A stretch of 64,000 bases of DNA from Candidatus Doudnabacteria bacterium. Its GTDB lineage: Bacteria; Patescibacteriota; Doudnabacteria; UBA920; VMFF01. The position numbers and the translations under genes are program-made. Numbering within the stretch: position 1 is the first letter of the stretch; each line of letters begins with the position of its first letter. The DNA lies in assembly GCA_028286905.1 (NCBI GenBank), contig JAQBQP010000002.1, positions 309,458 to 373,457 on the forward strand. The letters run 5' to 3'. The notes under the pieces were generated by a model. The model searched no databases. It saw nothing but the letters and a program-made list of their open reading frames with translations, and was not told where the DNA came from. This document shows, one piece after another, positions 9,817 to 19,700 of this stretch.

Positions 9817-11007
9817 ATGGAACCGTTAGCGTCCCAAATTAGACCGACTTCGCTCAAAGAATTTATTGGACAAGAGCATTTAGTTGGAGAAGGTAAACCC
9901 TTAAAAATTGCCATAGAAAATGGCCATCTTTTTTCTTTTATCTTGTGGGGACCGCCCGGCGTTGGTAAAACCACTTTGGCCAAGATTTACGCCCGTGCGG
10001 TAAAAGCGGATTTTTATGAACTATCTGCAGTTTCCGCCGGTAAGGACGACCTGCGCAAAGTTTTAGAAAGAAAGTTTATGGGTAAACCGCAGGTTTTATT
10101 TTTAGATGAGATTCATCGGTTTAATAAAGCCCAGCAAGATTTCTTATTGCCATATGTTGAAAGAGGCGAACTAACATTAGTGGGTGCAACTACTGAGAAC
10201 CCTTCCTTCGAAGTTATTCCAGCGCTGCTTTCACGCTGTAGAGTATTTGTACTGAACGAACTGAATGAAAAAGAGATGGGTCAAATTATTGATCGAGCTG
10301 ATTTTGATTTAGATAAAACTGCAAGGGAATGGTTAATCAACATGGCAAATGGCGATGCTCGCCAGCTCATAACAATGTTGGAAAATACATCAAAGCTTTA
10401 CAAAGATATTAATATTGCGAATTTAAACAGCACCCTGCAAGACAAATATTTACGTTACGATAAAAAAGGTGAAGAGCATTACAACGTCATTAGCGCGTAC
10501 ATTAAAAGCATGCGCGCTTCGCAACCGGATGCCGCACTTTATTATTTGGCGCGAATGATTGATTCCGGAGAAGATCCAAAGTTTATTGCTAGAAGAATGG
10601 TAATTTTTGCTTCTGAAGATATTGGCAATGCCCAGCCAACAGCATTAGTGGTTGCAAACGAAGTTTTCCGTGCGGTCGAAACAATCGGTTTACCAGAATG
10701 CGAAATTAATTTAGCGCATGGCACAGTTTACATGTGCCAGTGTGTTAAAGACAAGAGTTCTTATAACGCCTATTATGAAGCGCTCGCTGATGTGAAAAAA
10801 TTCGGCAATTTACCGGTACCGATGGCTTTAAGAAATGCGCCAACTAAGCTAATGCGCGAACTTGGTTATCACGAAGGCTATCAACAATACACTAAAGAAA
10901 GCTTATTACCAGAAAAATTAAAAACCAGAACCTATTTAGAAAATGGTGCAAAGAAGGTTAAAGTTCAAAAGAAAAAAACTGCTAAAAAAGACAACTCTCT
11001 TGGCTAG
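9817..11007 (+). CDS. rarA: replication-associated recombination protein A (AAA+ ATPase)
   Basis: 396 aa; GPPGVGKTT Walker [10 protein letters not shown] Walker B, C-terminal MgsA domain. Confidence 0.85.
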   Translation: MEPLASQIRPTSLKEFIGQEHLVGEGKPLKIAIENGHLFSFILWGPPGVGKTTLAKIYARAVKADFYELSAVSAGKDDLRKVLERKFMGKPQVLFLDEIHRFNKAQQDFLLPYVERGELTLVGATTENPSFEVIPALLSRCRVFVLNELNEKEMGQIIDRADFDLDKTAREWLINMANGDARQLITMLENTSKLYKDINIANLNSTLQDKYLRYDKKGEEHYNVISAYIKSMRASQPDAALYYLARMIDSGEDPKFIARRMVIFASEDIGNAQPTALVVANEVFRAVETIGLPECEINLAHGTVYMCQCVKDKSSYNAYYEALADVKKFGNLPVPMALRNAPTKLMRELGYHEGYQQYTKESLLPEKLKTRTYLENGAKKVKVQKKKTAKKDNSLG

Positions 11008-11030
11008 TTGCGAAGCAATGGCATAGAGTT

Positions 11031-11048
11031 ATGCAGGAGCGAAGCGAA
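11031..11048. repeat. 18-bp intergenic repeat GGAGCGAAGCGAACGGCC (copy 1)
   Basis: Identical 18-mer also present at 35775-35792 in another convergent intergenic region. Confidence 0.6.
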
Positions 11049-11062
11049 CGGCCTTTTGTAAG

Positions 11063-11557
11063 CTAGCTGACGCCAATTAAAATGCCAGCGGTAAATACTA
11101 ATGCGCCGCCAATTATTACTTGGAGCATTGATAGCCAGAAATTCATTTTAAAATAATGATAACGAATATAGGCAATGATACAAAGTTCAAAGCCAACAAT
11201 TAAATAGGCAAAATACAGAGCATGATTTAAATTGTGCAGTAAGAATGGCAGGGTATGCAGGATTCCACCTAAGAAAGTTGCTAAGCCTGTAATTGCTCCG
11301 CGGCTGACTGGGTGTCCGCGTCCGGTTAGCGCACCGTCATCAGACAGCCCTTCTGCAAACGCCATCGAAATTCCGGCGCCGACCGCAGCGGATAATCCAA
11401 CTAAAAATGCAATATGCGGCTGTTTGGTCGCAAACGCCGCCGCAAAAATTGGTGCCAGGGTCGAAACCGAACCATCCATTAAACCGTTTAAGGCCGGTTG
11501 AATTTTTTGTAAAACAAATACCTGGCTTTCGTTATGTCCTAAGGAGTTTTCTGCCAT
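11063..11557 (-). CDS. VIT1/CCC1-family membrane protein (short form)
   Basis: 164 aa; [18 protein letters not shown] and Gly-rich TM helices reminiscent of the VIT family. Confidence 0.5.
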   Translation of the reverse strand: MAENSLGHNESQVFVLQKIQPALNGLMDGSVSTLAPIFAAAFATKQPHIAFLVGLSAAVGAGISMAFAEGLSDDGALTGRGHPVSRGAITGLATFLGGILHTLPFLLHNLNHALYFAYLIVGFELCIIAYIRYHYFKMNFWLSMLQVIIGGALVFTAGILIGVS

Positions 11558-11618
11558 ATTGGTGATAAAATAGCTAAAAATTTAATACTGGATTTATTCT
11601 AGCTAAATTTGCTATAAT

Positions 11619-12536
11619 GTGTCTATGAGTAAGATTATTCTCTATTATAAATACGTTCGTATAGACAACCCCCAAAAGCTCGCCGGACAACAAGAATTGA
11701 TCTGCAAAAAGCTAGGCCTGAAGGGCCGTATTTTAATTGCGGAAGAAGGAATCAACGGAACTGTGGAAGGCGCGGATGTTGCGATCCAAGAATACATCGC
11801 AGATCTCAAAAGCCATCCGGAATTTACTGATATGAATGTTAAAATTAGCGATGGCGTTGGCAAAACATTTCCAAAGCTTTCTATTAAAGTGCGCAAAGAA
11901 ATTGTTAGCAGCCATTTAGGCGCAAAAGATCTAAACCCAATCGAAGTTACAGGCAAGTATCTTTCAGCAGAAGATTTACATTCTTGGATTCACGACAAGT
12001 CCAAAGAATTTTACATTGTCGATATGCGCAACGATTATGAACAAAAAGGCGGACACTTTGCCGGGTCGATTTTTTCTGGGATGCAGAACTTTAGAGATTT
12101 GCAAAAAGTTTTACCGCGCTTAAAACACCTACAGAACAAAACAATTGTTACGGTTTGCACTGGCGGAGTTCGCTGCGAAAAAGCCTCAGGATTTTTACTG
12201 AAGAATGGATTTAATGATGTTTACCAATTGAAGGACGGAATTGTAACATATATGGAAAAGTTTCCTAATGAAGATTTCTTGGGAAAGCTTTATGTGTTTG
12301 ATGGCCGAGTTCTAATGGGCTTTAATTTAAATGACCCCCGACACGTAGTGGTTGGAAAGTGCGATAAGTGCGGCGAAACCTCAGAAAACTATATTAACTG
12401 TGCCGATCCGCTGTGTCACAATCATTTTATTTGTTGTAAAAAATGCGTTACTAAAAACGGCGAAGGCTTTTGCACTTTGAAGTGCAGAATAAAACATGGC
12501 ATAAGAAAATTTACTAAAGAGCTTAAAGGAAACTAA
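11619..12536 (+). CDS. trhO: rhodanese-domain tRNA uridine(34) hydroxylase TrhO (UPF0176/YceA)
   Basis: 305 aa; N-terminal YYKYV...L.GRILIAEEGINGT signature, central rhodanese with CTGG.RCEKAS active-site loop, C-terminal Cys-rich tail. Confidence 0.8.
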   Translation: MSMSKIILYYKYVRIDNPQKLAGQQELICKKLGLKGRILIAEEGINGTVEGADVAIQEYIADLKSHPEFTDMNVKISDGVGKTFPKLSIKVRKEIVSSHLGAKDLNPIEVTGKYLSAEDLHSWIHDKSKEFYIVDMRNDYEQKGGHFAGSIFSGMQNFRDLQKVLPRLKHLQNKTIVTVCTGGVRCEKASGFLLKNGFNDVYQLKDGIVTYMEKFPNEDFLGKLYVFDGRVLMGFNLNDPRHVVVGKCDKCGETSENYINCADPLCHNHFICCKKCVTKNGEGFCTLKCRIKHGIRKFTKELKGN

Positions 12537-14005
12537 TGGCAACTAATGATGTAATACTGCGCTTTAGCGAAGTATCTTTTGATTACGGGCATAATAAAGA
12601 AATTCTTGAAGAAGCATCTTTTTCATTGCGAACCGATTCAAAGATTGCTTTGATGGGACAAAACGGCGCTGGCAAAAGTTCAATCTTTGGTTTGATCACC
12701 GGACTTAATAAGCCAAAAGAAGGCGGTATTCATTTAACGCCTCGAGATGTTTCAATTGGAATTGCCCGCCAAGTAATGCTTGAAGAACACAAAGATTTAA
12801 CTGTTCGCGAATATTTTGAAACCGCTTTTACGGAAAAGAAGTATAATCTTGATAAATTAATCAAAGATGTTTTTGAAGTAGTTAATGCTGATTACCCCTT
12901 GGATAAAAAAGTTCGAGAATTTTCCGGCGGACAGCAGGCGCGCTTGTTGTTAGCATATGCTTTGATTCAAGATCCTGATATTTTGTTGTTGGATGAGCCA
13001 ACAAACAATTTGGACCAAACGGGCATTGATCACCTGACCACTTTTTTGATCATGTATCCAAAAACTGTTTTAATTATTTCCCACGATGCAGAATTCTTAA
13101 ACACCTTTACCGACGGAGTTTTATATTTGGATGTCCACACTCATAAAGTTGAACAATACACCGGAAACTATTTTGATGTGGTAGAAGAGATTGCAAACCG
13201 AGTTGAACGTGAAAACCTGCAAAATGCTCGAATGGAACAGAATATTAAAAAGTTAAAAGCCCAAGCAGAGCAGTTCGCACATAAAGGCGGAAAGCTTCGT
13301 GCAGTTGCTAAGAAAATGCGTGATGAAGCAGGGGATATGGAAGAAAATAAGGTTGAAGTCCGCAGGGAAGATAAAACCATTCCAGAATTTGAAATTCCAA
13401 TGCAGGAGTTTGAACCATTGTTTGACGGTAAAATTGTTACGATTAAATCTATTACTGCAATAAAAAACCATAAGCCGGTGCATAAAGAAGTTGATTTAGT
13501 ATTGCGTAAAAATACTCACTTGTTAATTGAAGGCCCAAACGGCATTGGTAAAAGCACTTTTTTAGAAGCCTTGGCAACAGGAAAAGCAAAAGGGGTAACG
13601 ATCTCCGCGGCAGTTCGAATTGGTTATTACAGACAGGACTTCTCCACTTTAAACTACGATCATACTGCTTTTCAGAGCTTGGACGAAGTAATGGATAAAA
13701 AAGATGAGCACATTTTGCGTTCTACCGCCGCAAGGTTTTTATTAGATGGTAAAATTCTTGAAACGCAAGTGCGCGCTTTGTCTGAAGGCCAAAAAGGGTT
13801 GTTGTCCTTCGCACGTTTGGTTTTGCAACGACCTGGTTTGTTAATTTTAGACGAACCGACTAACCATATAAACTTTAGACATTTGCCAATCATTGCGCAG
13901 GCGCTTAGCGAATATAAAGGCGCGATGATAATGGTTTCGCATATTCCAGAATTTGTGAAGCAGATTCGAATTGACGAAACTTTAAATTTGGGAAATTTGG
14001 TATAA
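12536..14005 (+). CDS. ABC-F family ATPase (two tandem ABC domains, no TMD)
   Basis: 489 aa; two Walker A sites (GQNGAGKSS, GPNGIGKST), two LSGGQ-like signatures (FSGGQQ, LSEGQK), two Walker B sites. Confidence 0.85.
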   Translation: MATNDVILRFSEVSFDYGHNKEILEEASFSLRTDSKIALMGQNGAGKSSIFGLITGLNKPKEGGIHLTPRDVSIGIARQVMLEEHKDLTVREYFETAFTEKKYNLDKLIKDVFEVVNADYPLDKKVREFSGGQQARLLLAYALIQDPDILLLDEPTNNLDQTGIDHLTTFLIMYPKTVLIISHDAEFLNTFTDGVLYLDVHTHKVEQYTGNYFDVVEEIANRVERENLQNARMEQNIKKLKAQAEQFAHKGGKLRAVAKKMRDEAGDMEENKVEVRREDKTIPEFEIPMQEFEPLFDGKIVTIKSITAIKNHKPVHKEVDLVLRKNTHLLIEGPNGIGKSTFLEALATGKAKGVTISAAVRIGYYRQDFSTLNYDHTAFQSLDEVMDKKDEHILRSTAARFLLDGKILETQVRALSEGQKGLLSFARLVLQRPGLLILDEPTNHINFRHLPIIAQALSEYKGAMIMVSHIPEFVKQIRIDETLNLGNLV

Positions 14006-14012
14006 TACCAAA

Positions 14013-14618
14013 GTGATACTAAAAAAACTTTTAAAAGCTTTTAAACTCATCGCCGCTTTATGCATAAGCGTTTATTTGGCATCTTTTGTTTATATTATCT
14101 CCTTTGCTTTTAAAGCAAATGTTCCAGACCACGCCGATGCTTTATTAGTACTAGGCGCAAAAGTTAATTTGGATAACAGCCCATCGCAGCCACTCTACGA
14201 AAGAACTAATGAAGCAGCCGTTTTATATGCCCAAAATAAAGCCGAATATATTATTACCACCGGTGGAGTTGGGCTTGGTTCAATCGCAGAATCTAAAATT
14301 GGTGAAAAGGTTGCCGAGCAAAAAGGCGTGCCTAAAGATAAAATTTTAGAGGAAGTAAGTTCTCATAACACCTTTCAGAACGTTGAAGAGGGTAAAAAAA
14401 TTGCAAAAGAGAAAAACATTAAATCGGTTATTGTAGTTAGTGATCGCTTCCATGTTGCTAGGGGAGTTTTGGTTGCTCGCTATTTTGGATTTGATCCGGT
14501 TTATTGGGATTTTCCAAGTGCTAGTTATTACAAAAAAACTGACCTAATTCGTAATTATGCCAGAGAAGCTTTAGCGATTTTGTTTTATGTGCCAAAGTTA
14601 TATTTAAGCAAGTCTTGA
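14013..14618 (+). CDS. YdcF/ElyC (DUF218) family protein, SanA-like, membrane-anchored
   Basis: 201 aa; N-terminal TM, ALLVLGA..., ITTGG, SDRFHVARG motifs of DUF218. Confidence 0.75.
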   Translation: MILKKLLKAFKLIAALCISVYLASFVYIISFAFKANVPDHADALLVLGAKVNLDNSPSQPLYERTNEAAVLYAQNKAEYIITTGGVGLGSIAESKIGEKVAEQKGVPKDKILEEVSSHNTFQNVEEGKKIAKEKNIKSVIVVSDRFHVARGVLVARYFGFDPVYWDFPSASYYKKTDLIRNYAREALAILFYVPKLYLSKS

Positions 14619-15533
14619 GCCGATAAAATCTTTGTGACCCAGAATAAAGTTAGTCGCAGTGGTAGTTGTTTTACCTTCTAGTTGCAATTCTAAAATTTCA
14701 ATCGAACCTTTTCCAGCCGCAACTATAATGCGGTTTTCATTTTTGTATACAGTTCCAGGAATACTCTGCTCTAGTAAATGCGAGGTTAAGGTAATTTTTT
14801 TTATCTTAAGTATTTGATCATTATAAGTGCTCCAGATCCCTGGCCAGCTAGAGTATGCTCGGTATTGGTTGTATATTTCCGCAGCGGGTTTGATCCAATC
14901 AATCTTGCCGTCTTCTTTGGAAATTATTTTACAAAAGGTTGCTTGGTCGTGATTTTGCTCAAGAGGGGTAATTTGATTATCTAAATATTGTGGAATTGTT
15001 TTTAAAATTAGCTTCTCGGACAACGTGTAAAGTTTATCTTCTAATTGTGCGTGAGTTTCATCTGGATCGATATTAATTTTTTCTTGCAGCAATATCTTGC
15101 CATGATCCATTAGCTGATCCATTAGCATTATAGTCACGCCAGTTTCTTTTTCGCCGTTTAATAAAACTGACTGAATCGGAGAAGGGCCTCGATATTTTGG
15201 TAATAACGACGGATGGATGTTAATTGCCCCTTGCTTTGCCAAATCTAGAATGTTTTGAGGAATTATTTTGCCATAAGCGATCACAACAAAAATATCAGCG
15301 TTTAAAGCTTTGATTTGGTTTAAAGCTTCTTCATTTTTTAACGATTGTGGTTTCAATACTTTGAAACCTAATTCTCCGGCTATTATTGCCACAGGGCTTT
15401 GTCGAAATTCTTTTTTTCTCCCAACTGCTTTGTCGGTTTGGGTTACAACGCCAACTATTTCAAATTGGTTTGAAAGCGCTTTAAGGATTTTTGCAGAAAA
15501 ATCTGATGTGCCAAAAAATAGGATCTTTGTCAT
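14604..15533 (-). CDS. fmt: methionyl-tRNA formyltransferase
   Basis: 309 aa; N-terminal FFGTSDFS, HPSLLPKYRG, SLIH-type motif, C-terminal Fmt domain. Confidence 0.9.
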   Translation of the reverse strand: MTKILFFGTSDFSAKILKALSNQFEIVGVVTQTDKAVGRKKEFRQSPVAIIAGELGFKVLKPQSLKNEEALNQIKALNADIFVVIAYGKIIPQNILDLAKQGAINIHPSLLPKYRGPSPIQSVLLNGEKETGVTIMLMDQLMDHGKILLQEKINIDPDETHAQLEDKLYTLSEKLILKTIPQYLDNQITPLEQNHDQATFCKIISKEDGKIDWIKPAAEIYNQYRAYSSWPGIWSTYNDQILKIKKITLTSHLLEQSIPGTVYKNENRIIVAAGKGSIEILELQLEGKTTTTATNFILGHKDFIGSRLA

Positions 15534-16060
15534 TTGGTTAATTTCCTTAAGATATCCGCTAAGAATCTGCAGTTTGCAAGTGCATCATGTTCTTTGGTTC
15601 TTTGTAATTTAAAGAAAGCTCCAACTGTTTCAGCAGTGGGGATTTTTTTGATGTTTTGCTTTGAAAGGTAAAAATAACTTAAAGTCCAAAGCTCTAAGAT
15701 ATGGTAGTCATATTCGTAAGAGATGCCAGTTTTTCTAAATGATTCTTGAAGAAAATTTACATTTATAATATTTTGACTGGAAATGGTGACATTGTAAGGA
15801 AATTTTTCTTTAAATGCAGTTATAACTGCTTTAAGATTTGGAGCTTTCATCCACATTTCTTTAGGAATTCCCAAGGTTTGAACGACTCGGTCATTTGTAG
15901 TTTGAGAAAAAGGATGTTTGATGTATGAATTGAAAGAGCCTTTTTCTAAAAGGTTGTCTTTATCCAACAAAATTGCGGAAAGTTGAATCGGAAAATCCTT
16001 GTAAGGATCAGGTCCGGTGGTTTCCATATCTATTAATAAAATGTCGCGAGCAAATTTCAT
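15530..16060 (-). CDS. DEDDh-type 3'-5' exonuclease (DnaQ-like fold)
   Basis: 176 aa; Exo I LIDMETTG, distal H-D motif (KEHDALAN); sits between def and fmt with 4-nt overlaps. Confidence 0.65.
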   Translation of the reverse strand: MKFARDILLIDMETTGPDPYKDFPIQLSAILLDKDNLLEKGSFNSYIKHPFSQTTNDRVVQTLGIPKEMWMKAPNLKAVITAFKEKFPYNVTISSQNIINVNFLQESFRKTGISYEYDYHILELWTLSYFYLSKQNIKKIPTAETVGAFFKLQRTKEHDALANCRFLADILRKLTK

Positions 16061-16545
16061 TATTTAGCTGTAATTAATTCCTGGCCTTGAGTGTACTTTT
16101 TAATTTTGTCGATGATTAAAATGCCGTTAATATGATCAATTTCATGTTGCAAAACTTTTGCCAACATTCCATCTGCCGCAGCAGTAATTTCTTTGCCAAG
16201 AATATTGTACCCTTTGAAAACAATATCTTCTGGGCGGGGCACAATGCCAAAAACTTTTGGAATAGACAAGCAGCCTTCTTCCATATCAGTCTTTTTCTTT
16301 GAAAATTTTACTACCTCTGGGTTAATTAAAACAAAAGGCGGTACACCCATTGTTTCCAAATCCACCACGATAATTGCGAGATCGTGGCCAACTTGGGGAG
16401 CTGCCAAGCCAATCCCTTCGGCTTTTTTTACCGTGTCGCCCATATCTTTAATTAGTTTTTTTACGGTTGGAGACAGCGGAAAACTAACCTGACGGGTTTT
16501 TTTGCGTAAAATCTTATTTGGGTATTTGATTATCGGCAGTATCAT
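16060..16545 (-). CDS. def: peptide deformylase (copy 2)
   Basis: 161 aa; GIGLAAPQVG, EGCLSIP and QHEIDHINGI motifs. Confidence 0.9.
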   Translation of the reverse strand: MILPIIKYPNKILRKKTRQVSFPLSPTVKKLIKDMGDTVKKAEGIGLAAPQVGHDLAIIVVDLETMGVPPFVLINPEVVKFSKKKTDMEEGCLSIPKVFGIVPRPEDIVFKGYNILGKEITAAADGMLAKVLQHEIDHINGILIIDKIKKYTQGQELITAK

Positions 16546-16807
16546 TCTTTGAAAATTCTTTTTTAATTAAGAACGCAAATAAGGCGCCAGGTTTTTTTGC
16601 TTTGCCGTTTTCGGTAACTTCACCGGCAATTCTTCGTAAAATTCCATGATCATATTTCTCCGCCATCTTCAGATAAAATCCGAACCTTCCTGGTTCGTTG
16701 AGTTTTTGGCTAAGTTCATCAGCCAGAAGATGGTTAGGGGAGTGTAAATACTGAGATTTTTGAGGGTTCGTCGCAAATCTCTTCTTTAATTGATCATTTA
16801 TTTCCAT
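16514..16807 (-). CDS. hypothetical small protein
   Basis: 97 aa ORF immediately upstream of def2; its 3' end overlaps the def start by about 30 nt; no recognisable motif. Confidence 0.3.
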   Translation of the reverse strand: MEINDQLKKRFATNPQKSQYLHSPNHLLADELSQKLNEPGRFGFYLKMAEKYDHGILRRIAGEVTENGKAKKPGALFAFLIKKEFSKNDTADNQIPK

Positions 16808-16831
16808 AGCGTTTATTGGTATAATTATACC

Positions 16832-18127
16832 ATGAATATTGAGCTGTTAGGTATTAAGGTAAACACCGAGCCGAAGAAGCAAATAATAGAGCAACTTCAA
16901 GCCAGAATCAGAAGTGGCCAAAAGAGTTTTATTGTTACGCCGTATTCGGAGTTTTTTTATCGCGGTTTTTTTGATTTTGATTTCAAGAAAATTTTAAACA
17001 AAGCAGATTTTTCTTTGCCGGACGGAATTGCAGTTCAGTGGATCGCTTATTATTTAAGCATTCCGTTAAAAGCCAAAAGTTTTTATGGCAAAGTTTTTGA
17101 AGCGATTTGGCAAGCAAAGTATTCCTTAGCACAAATTCTTTTTGAACCTGCAAAACTGCGGATGATAATTAAAGAAAAAATTTCGGGTGCAGATTTTTTT
17201 TGGGATCTTTGTCGGATTGCAGATCAAGACCAGCTGTCTGTTTTTTTGCTAGGAGGCTTCGGAGATACTTCTAACATGGTCGCTAAGGAAATAAAAAAAG
17301 CTTACCCGAATATTAAAATTGCAGGAATCTCTAATTCCGATCCGAACGACAAATCCTTAGTAGAAAAAATAAATAATGCCGACGCTGACATTTTAATGGT
17401 TGCTTTTGGTCCGCAAAAACAAGAACGTTGGATTATTGAAAATTTAGAAAGATTGAACGTTAAGATTGTAATTGGTTTAGGCGGAACTTTTGATTATATT
17501 GCTGGAAGGAAAATCCAACCGCCGAAATGGATTCGTGCAATTGGTTTAGAATGGCTGTTCAGGCTAATAACCCAGCCGAGTCGGTTTAAACGAATCTGGC
17601 AGGCTACATTTGGCCTAATACGCGGCACAGTGCGCTTTAAAGTCTATTCTTCAATGCCATTCCGCCCAAACGTTGTTGGTGTTATAATTAACCAACAAAA
17701 GCAGGTTTTCGTGGCAAAGCGGCTCTCTTGGGAGGATGCTGGTAAGTCTTTAAGAGAAGATCATTGGCAGTTTCCCCAAGGAGGCATTGATCTACACGAA
17801 GATCCAGACAAGACCATTATTAGAGAAATTGGCGAAGAAATTCACACTAAGCAGGTCGAAATTCTCGGGCGATCAGAAAAAACTAATACTTACTTTTGGA
17901 ACCACACTCTTCGACCTTTGTTTTTTAACCGTTTAAAGTTTAAGGGCCAAGAACAAATTATTTATTATTTGAAGTACACTGGTGCAGACGATGATATCAT
18001 TTTAGATCAGCAGGAATTTTGCGATTACAAATGGGTTGCCGTTGCCGATCTTCCAAAAATTGTGCATCGGTACCGCGAGGGTTTAATCAAAATAGTTATG
18101 GCAGAAATTGGGAGATATATTAAATGA
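16832..18127 (+). CDS. WecB/TagA/CpsF-family glycosyltransferase fused to a C-terminal NUDIX hydrolase domain
   Basis: N-terminal about 270 aa are collinear with B. subtilis TagA (FSLPDGIAVQW, FLLGGF, IKIAGISN, MVAFGPQKQERW, GLGGTFDYIAGR, LEWLFRLITQPSRFKR). C-terminal about 160 aa carry a NUDIX box GG-x5-E-x7-REIGEEIH. One continuous ORF; start set at MNIELLG. Confidence 0.7.
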   Translation: MNIELLGIKVNTEPKKQIIEQLQARIRSGQKSFIVTPYSEFFYRGFFDFDFKKILNKADFSLPDGIAVQWIAYYLSIPLKAKSFYGKVFEAIWQAKYSLAQILFEPAKLRMIIKEKISGADFFWDLCRIADQDQLSVFLLGGFGDTSNMVAKEIKKAYPNIKIAGISNSDPNDKSLVEKINNADADILMVAFGPQKQERWIIENLERLNVKIVIGLGGTFDYIAGRKIQPPKWIRAIGLEWLFRLITQPSRFKRIWQATFGLIRGTVRFKVYSSMPFRPNVVGVIINQQKQVFVAKRLSWEDAGKSLREDHWQFPQGGIDLHEDPDKTIIREIGEEIHTKQVEILGRSEKTNTYFWNHTLRPLFFNRLKFKGQEQIIYYLKYTGADDDIILDQQEFCDYKWVAVADLPKIVHRYREGLIKIVMAEIGRYIK

Positions 18128-19653
18128 CAGAGACAACTAAAAAAATTCGAACCAGATTTGCGCCAAGCCCAACCGGTTTTTTACACGTCGGCGGTTTAAG
18201 AACTGCTTTATTTGCCTACCTTTGGGCAAAGCATAATGGCGGAGATTTCTTATTGCGCATTGAAGACACCGACCAAGCTCGTTTCATTGACGGTGCAATA
18301 GAAAAGCTGGTAAGTGTTCTTACGGGTATGGGTATTGTTTATGATGAAGGGGTAGTAGTCGAAAGCGGAGAAATTTTGGATAAAGGGGATCATGGGCCGT
18401 ATCTGCAATCAAATCGTTTGGAAATTTACCAGAAATACTCAAAAGAGCTAGTAGAAGCTGGTCATGCTTATTATTGTTTTTGCGATGAGCAGCGCTTAAC
18501 AGAATTGCGCAAAGAGCAAGAAGCTTTAAAGCAGCCAACTCGGTATGATCGCAAATGCAGAAGCCTAAGCAAAGAAGAGGTTCAGAACAATTTCGATAAC
18601 GCTATGGCTTATGTGATCCGTCAGGCGATTCCCGAAGAAGGCCAGACCACAATTCACGATTTAGTTTATGGCGATATTGTTTGGGAAAATAAATTATTAG
18701 ACGATCAGGTTTTGATGAAATCGGATGGTTTCCCTACATATCATCTTGCTGTGGTAATTGATGATCACTTAATGGAAATTAGCCATGTTATTCGTGGAGA
18801 GGAATGGATTCCTTCCACGCCAAAGCATATCTTGTTGTACAAATCTTTTGGTTGGGAGCAACCGCAGTTTGCGCATTTGCCTTTGCTTTTAAATAAAGAT
18901 CGCTCAAAGCTTTCTAAGCGCCAAGGCGATGTGTCAGTGGAAGATTTCTTGGCTAAAGGTTATCTCAAAGAAGCTTTAATTAACTTCGTTGCTTTACTCG
19001 GCTGGAATCCAAAAACTGATCAAGAAATTTTTAACTTGCAGGAACTGATCGAACAATTTGAATTATCAAAGGTTAATAAGTCTGGACCGATCTTCGACAT
19101 AGAAAAACTTGATTGGTTTAACAATCTTTATATTCGCAAAATGAGTAATGCGGAAATAGTTACTGCAGTTTTACCATTTTTGAAAGCCGATGGTTTGATT
19201 GTTGATGAACTGCAATCTAAAAACGGTAAAAAGATCACCCAAGAATTCTTAGAATCAATTATAGAGATTGAAAAAGAAAGAATGAAAAAGTTTTCAGAGA
19301 TAGGGGAGCGAACGGCATACTTTTTTGAGCAGCCTAAATATAATCCTGAGCTTTTAATTTGGAAAAAAGCGAATTTAGTTCAAACCAAAGAAAATCTTTC
19401 GAATTTAATTGATTTTATACAAAATTTATCTGATTCAGATTTTAATTCAGTTTTAGAAATTGAAACTAAAGTTAAAGAGTTTATCGCTCAAAATAATTTG
19501 GATAATGGCTCGGTACTATGGCCATTAAGAGTAGCGCTTTCCGGGTTAGAAAAATCACCAAGTCCATTTGAACTGCTGTATGTTTTGTTCATTGGCTATG
19601 GTAAATTTGAAATTTTACAAAGAATAGAAATTGCACTTAAGCTTCTAACGTAA
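18124..19653 (+). CDS. gltX: glutamate--tRNA ligase
   Basis: 509 aa; RFAPSPTGFLHVGG (HIGH) and KLSKRQG (KMSKS) class I motifs. Confidence 0.9.
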   Translation: MTETTKKIRTRFAPSPTGFLHVGGLRTALFAYLWAKHNGGDFLLRIEDTDQARFIDGAIEKLVSVLTGMGIVYDEGVVVESGEILDKGDHGPYLQSNRLEIYQKYSKELVEAGHAYYCFCDEQRLTELRKEQEALKQPTRYDRKCRSLSKEEVQNNFDNAMAYVIRQAIPEEGQTTIHDLVYGDIVWENKLLDDQVLMKSDGFPTYHLAVVIDDHLMEISHVIRGEEWIPSTPKHILLYKSFGWEQPQFAHLPLLLNKDRSKLSKRQGDVSVEDFLAKGYLKEALINFVALLGWNPKTDQEIFNLQELIEQFELSKVNKSGPIFDIEKLDWFNNLYIRKMSNAEIVTAVLPFLKADGLIVDELQSKNGKKITQEFLESIIEIEKERMKKFSEIGERTAYFFEQPKYNPELLIWKKANLVQTKENLSNLIDFIQNLSDSDFNSVLEIETKVKEFIAQNNLDNGSVLWPLRVALSGLEKSPSPFELLYVLFIGYGKFEILQRIEIALKLLT

Positions 19654-19700
19654 TCGTGGTACAATAAAGGTACTTTCAGTGATATTTCTAGAGGCTTGCA

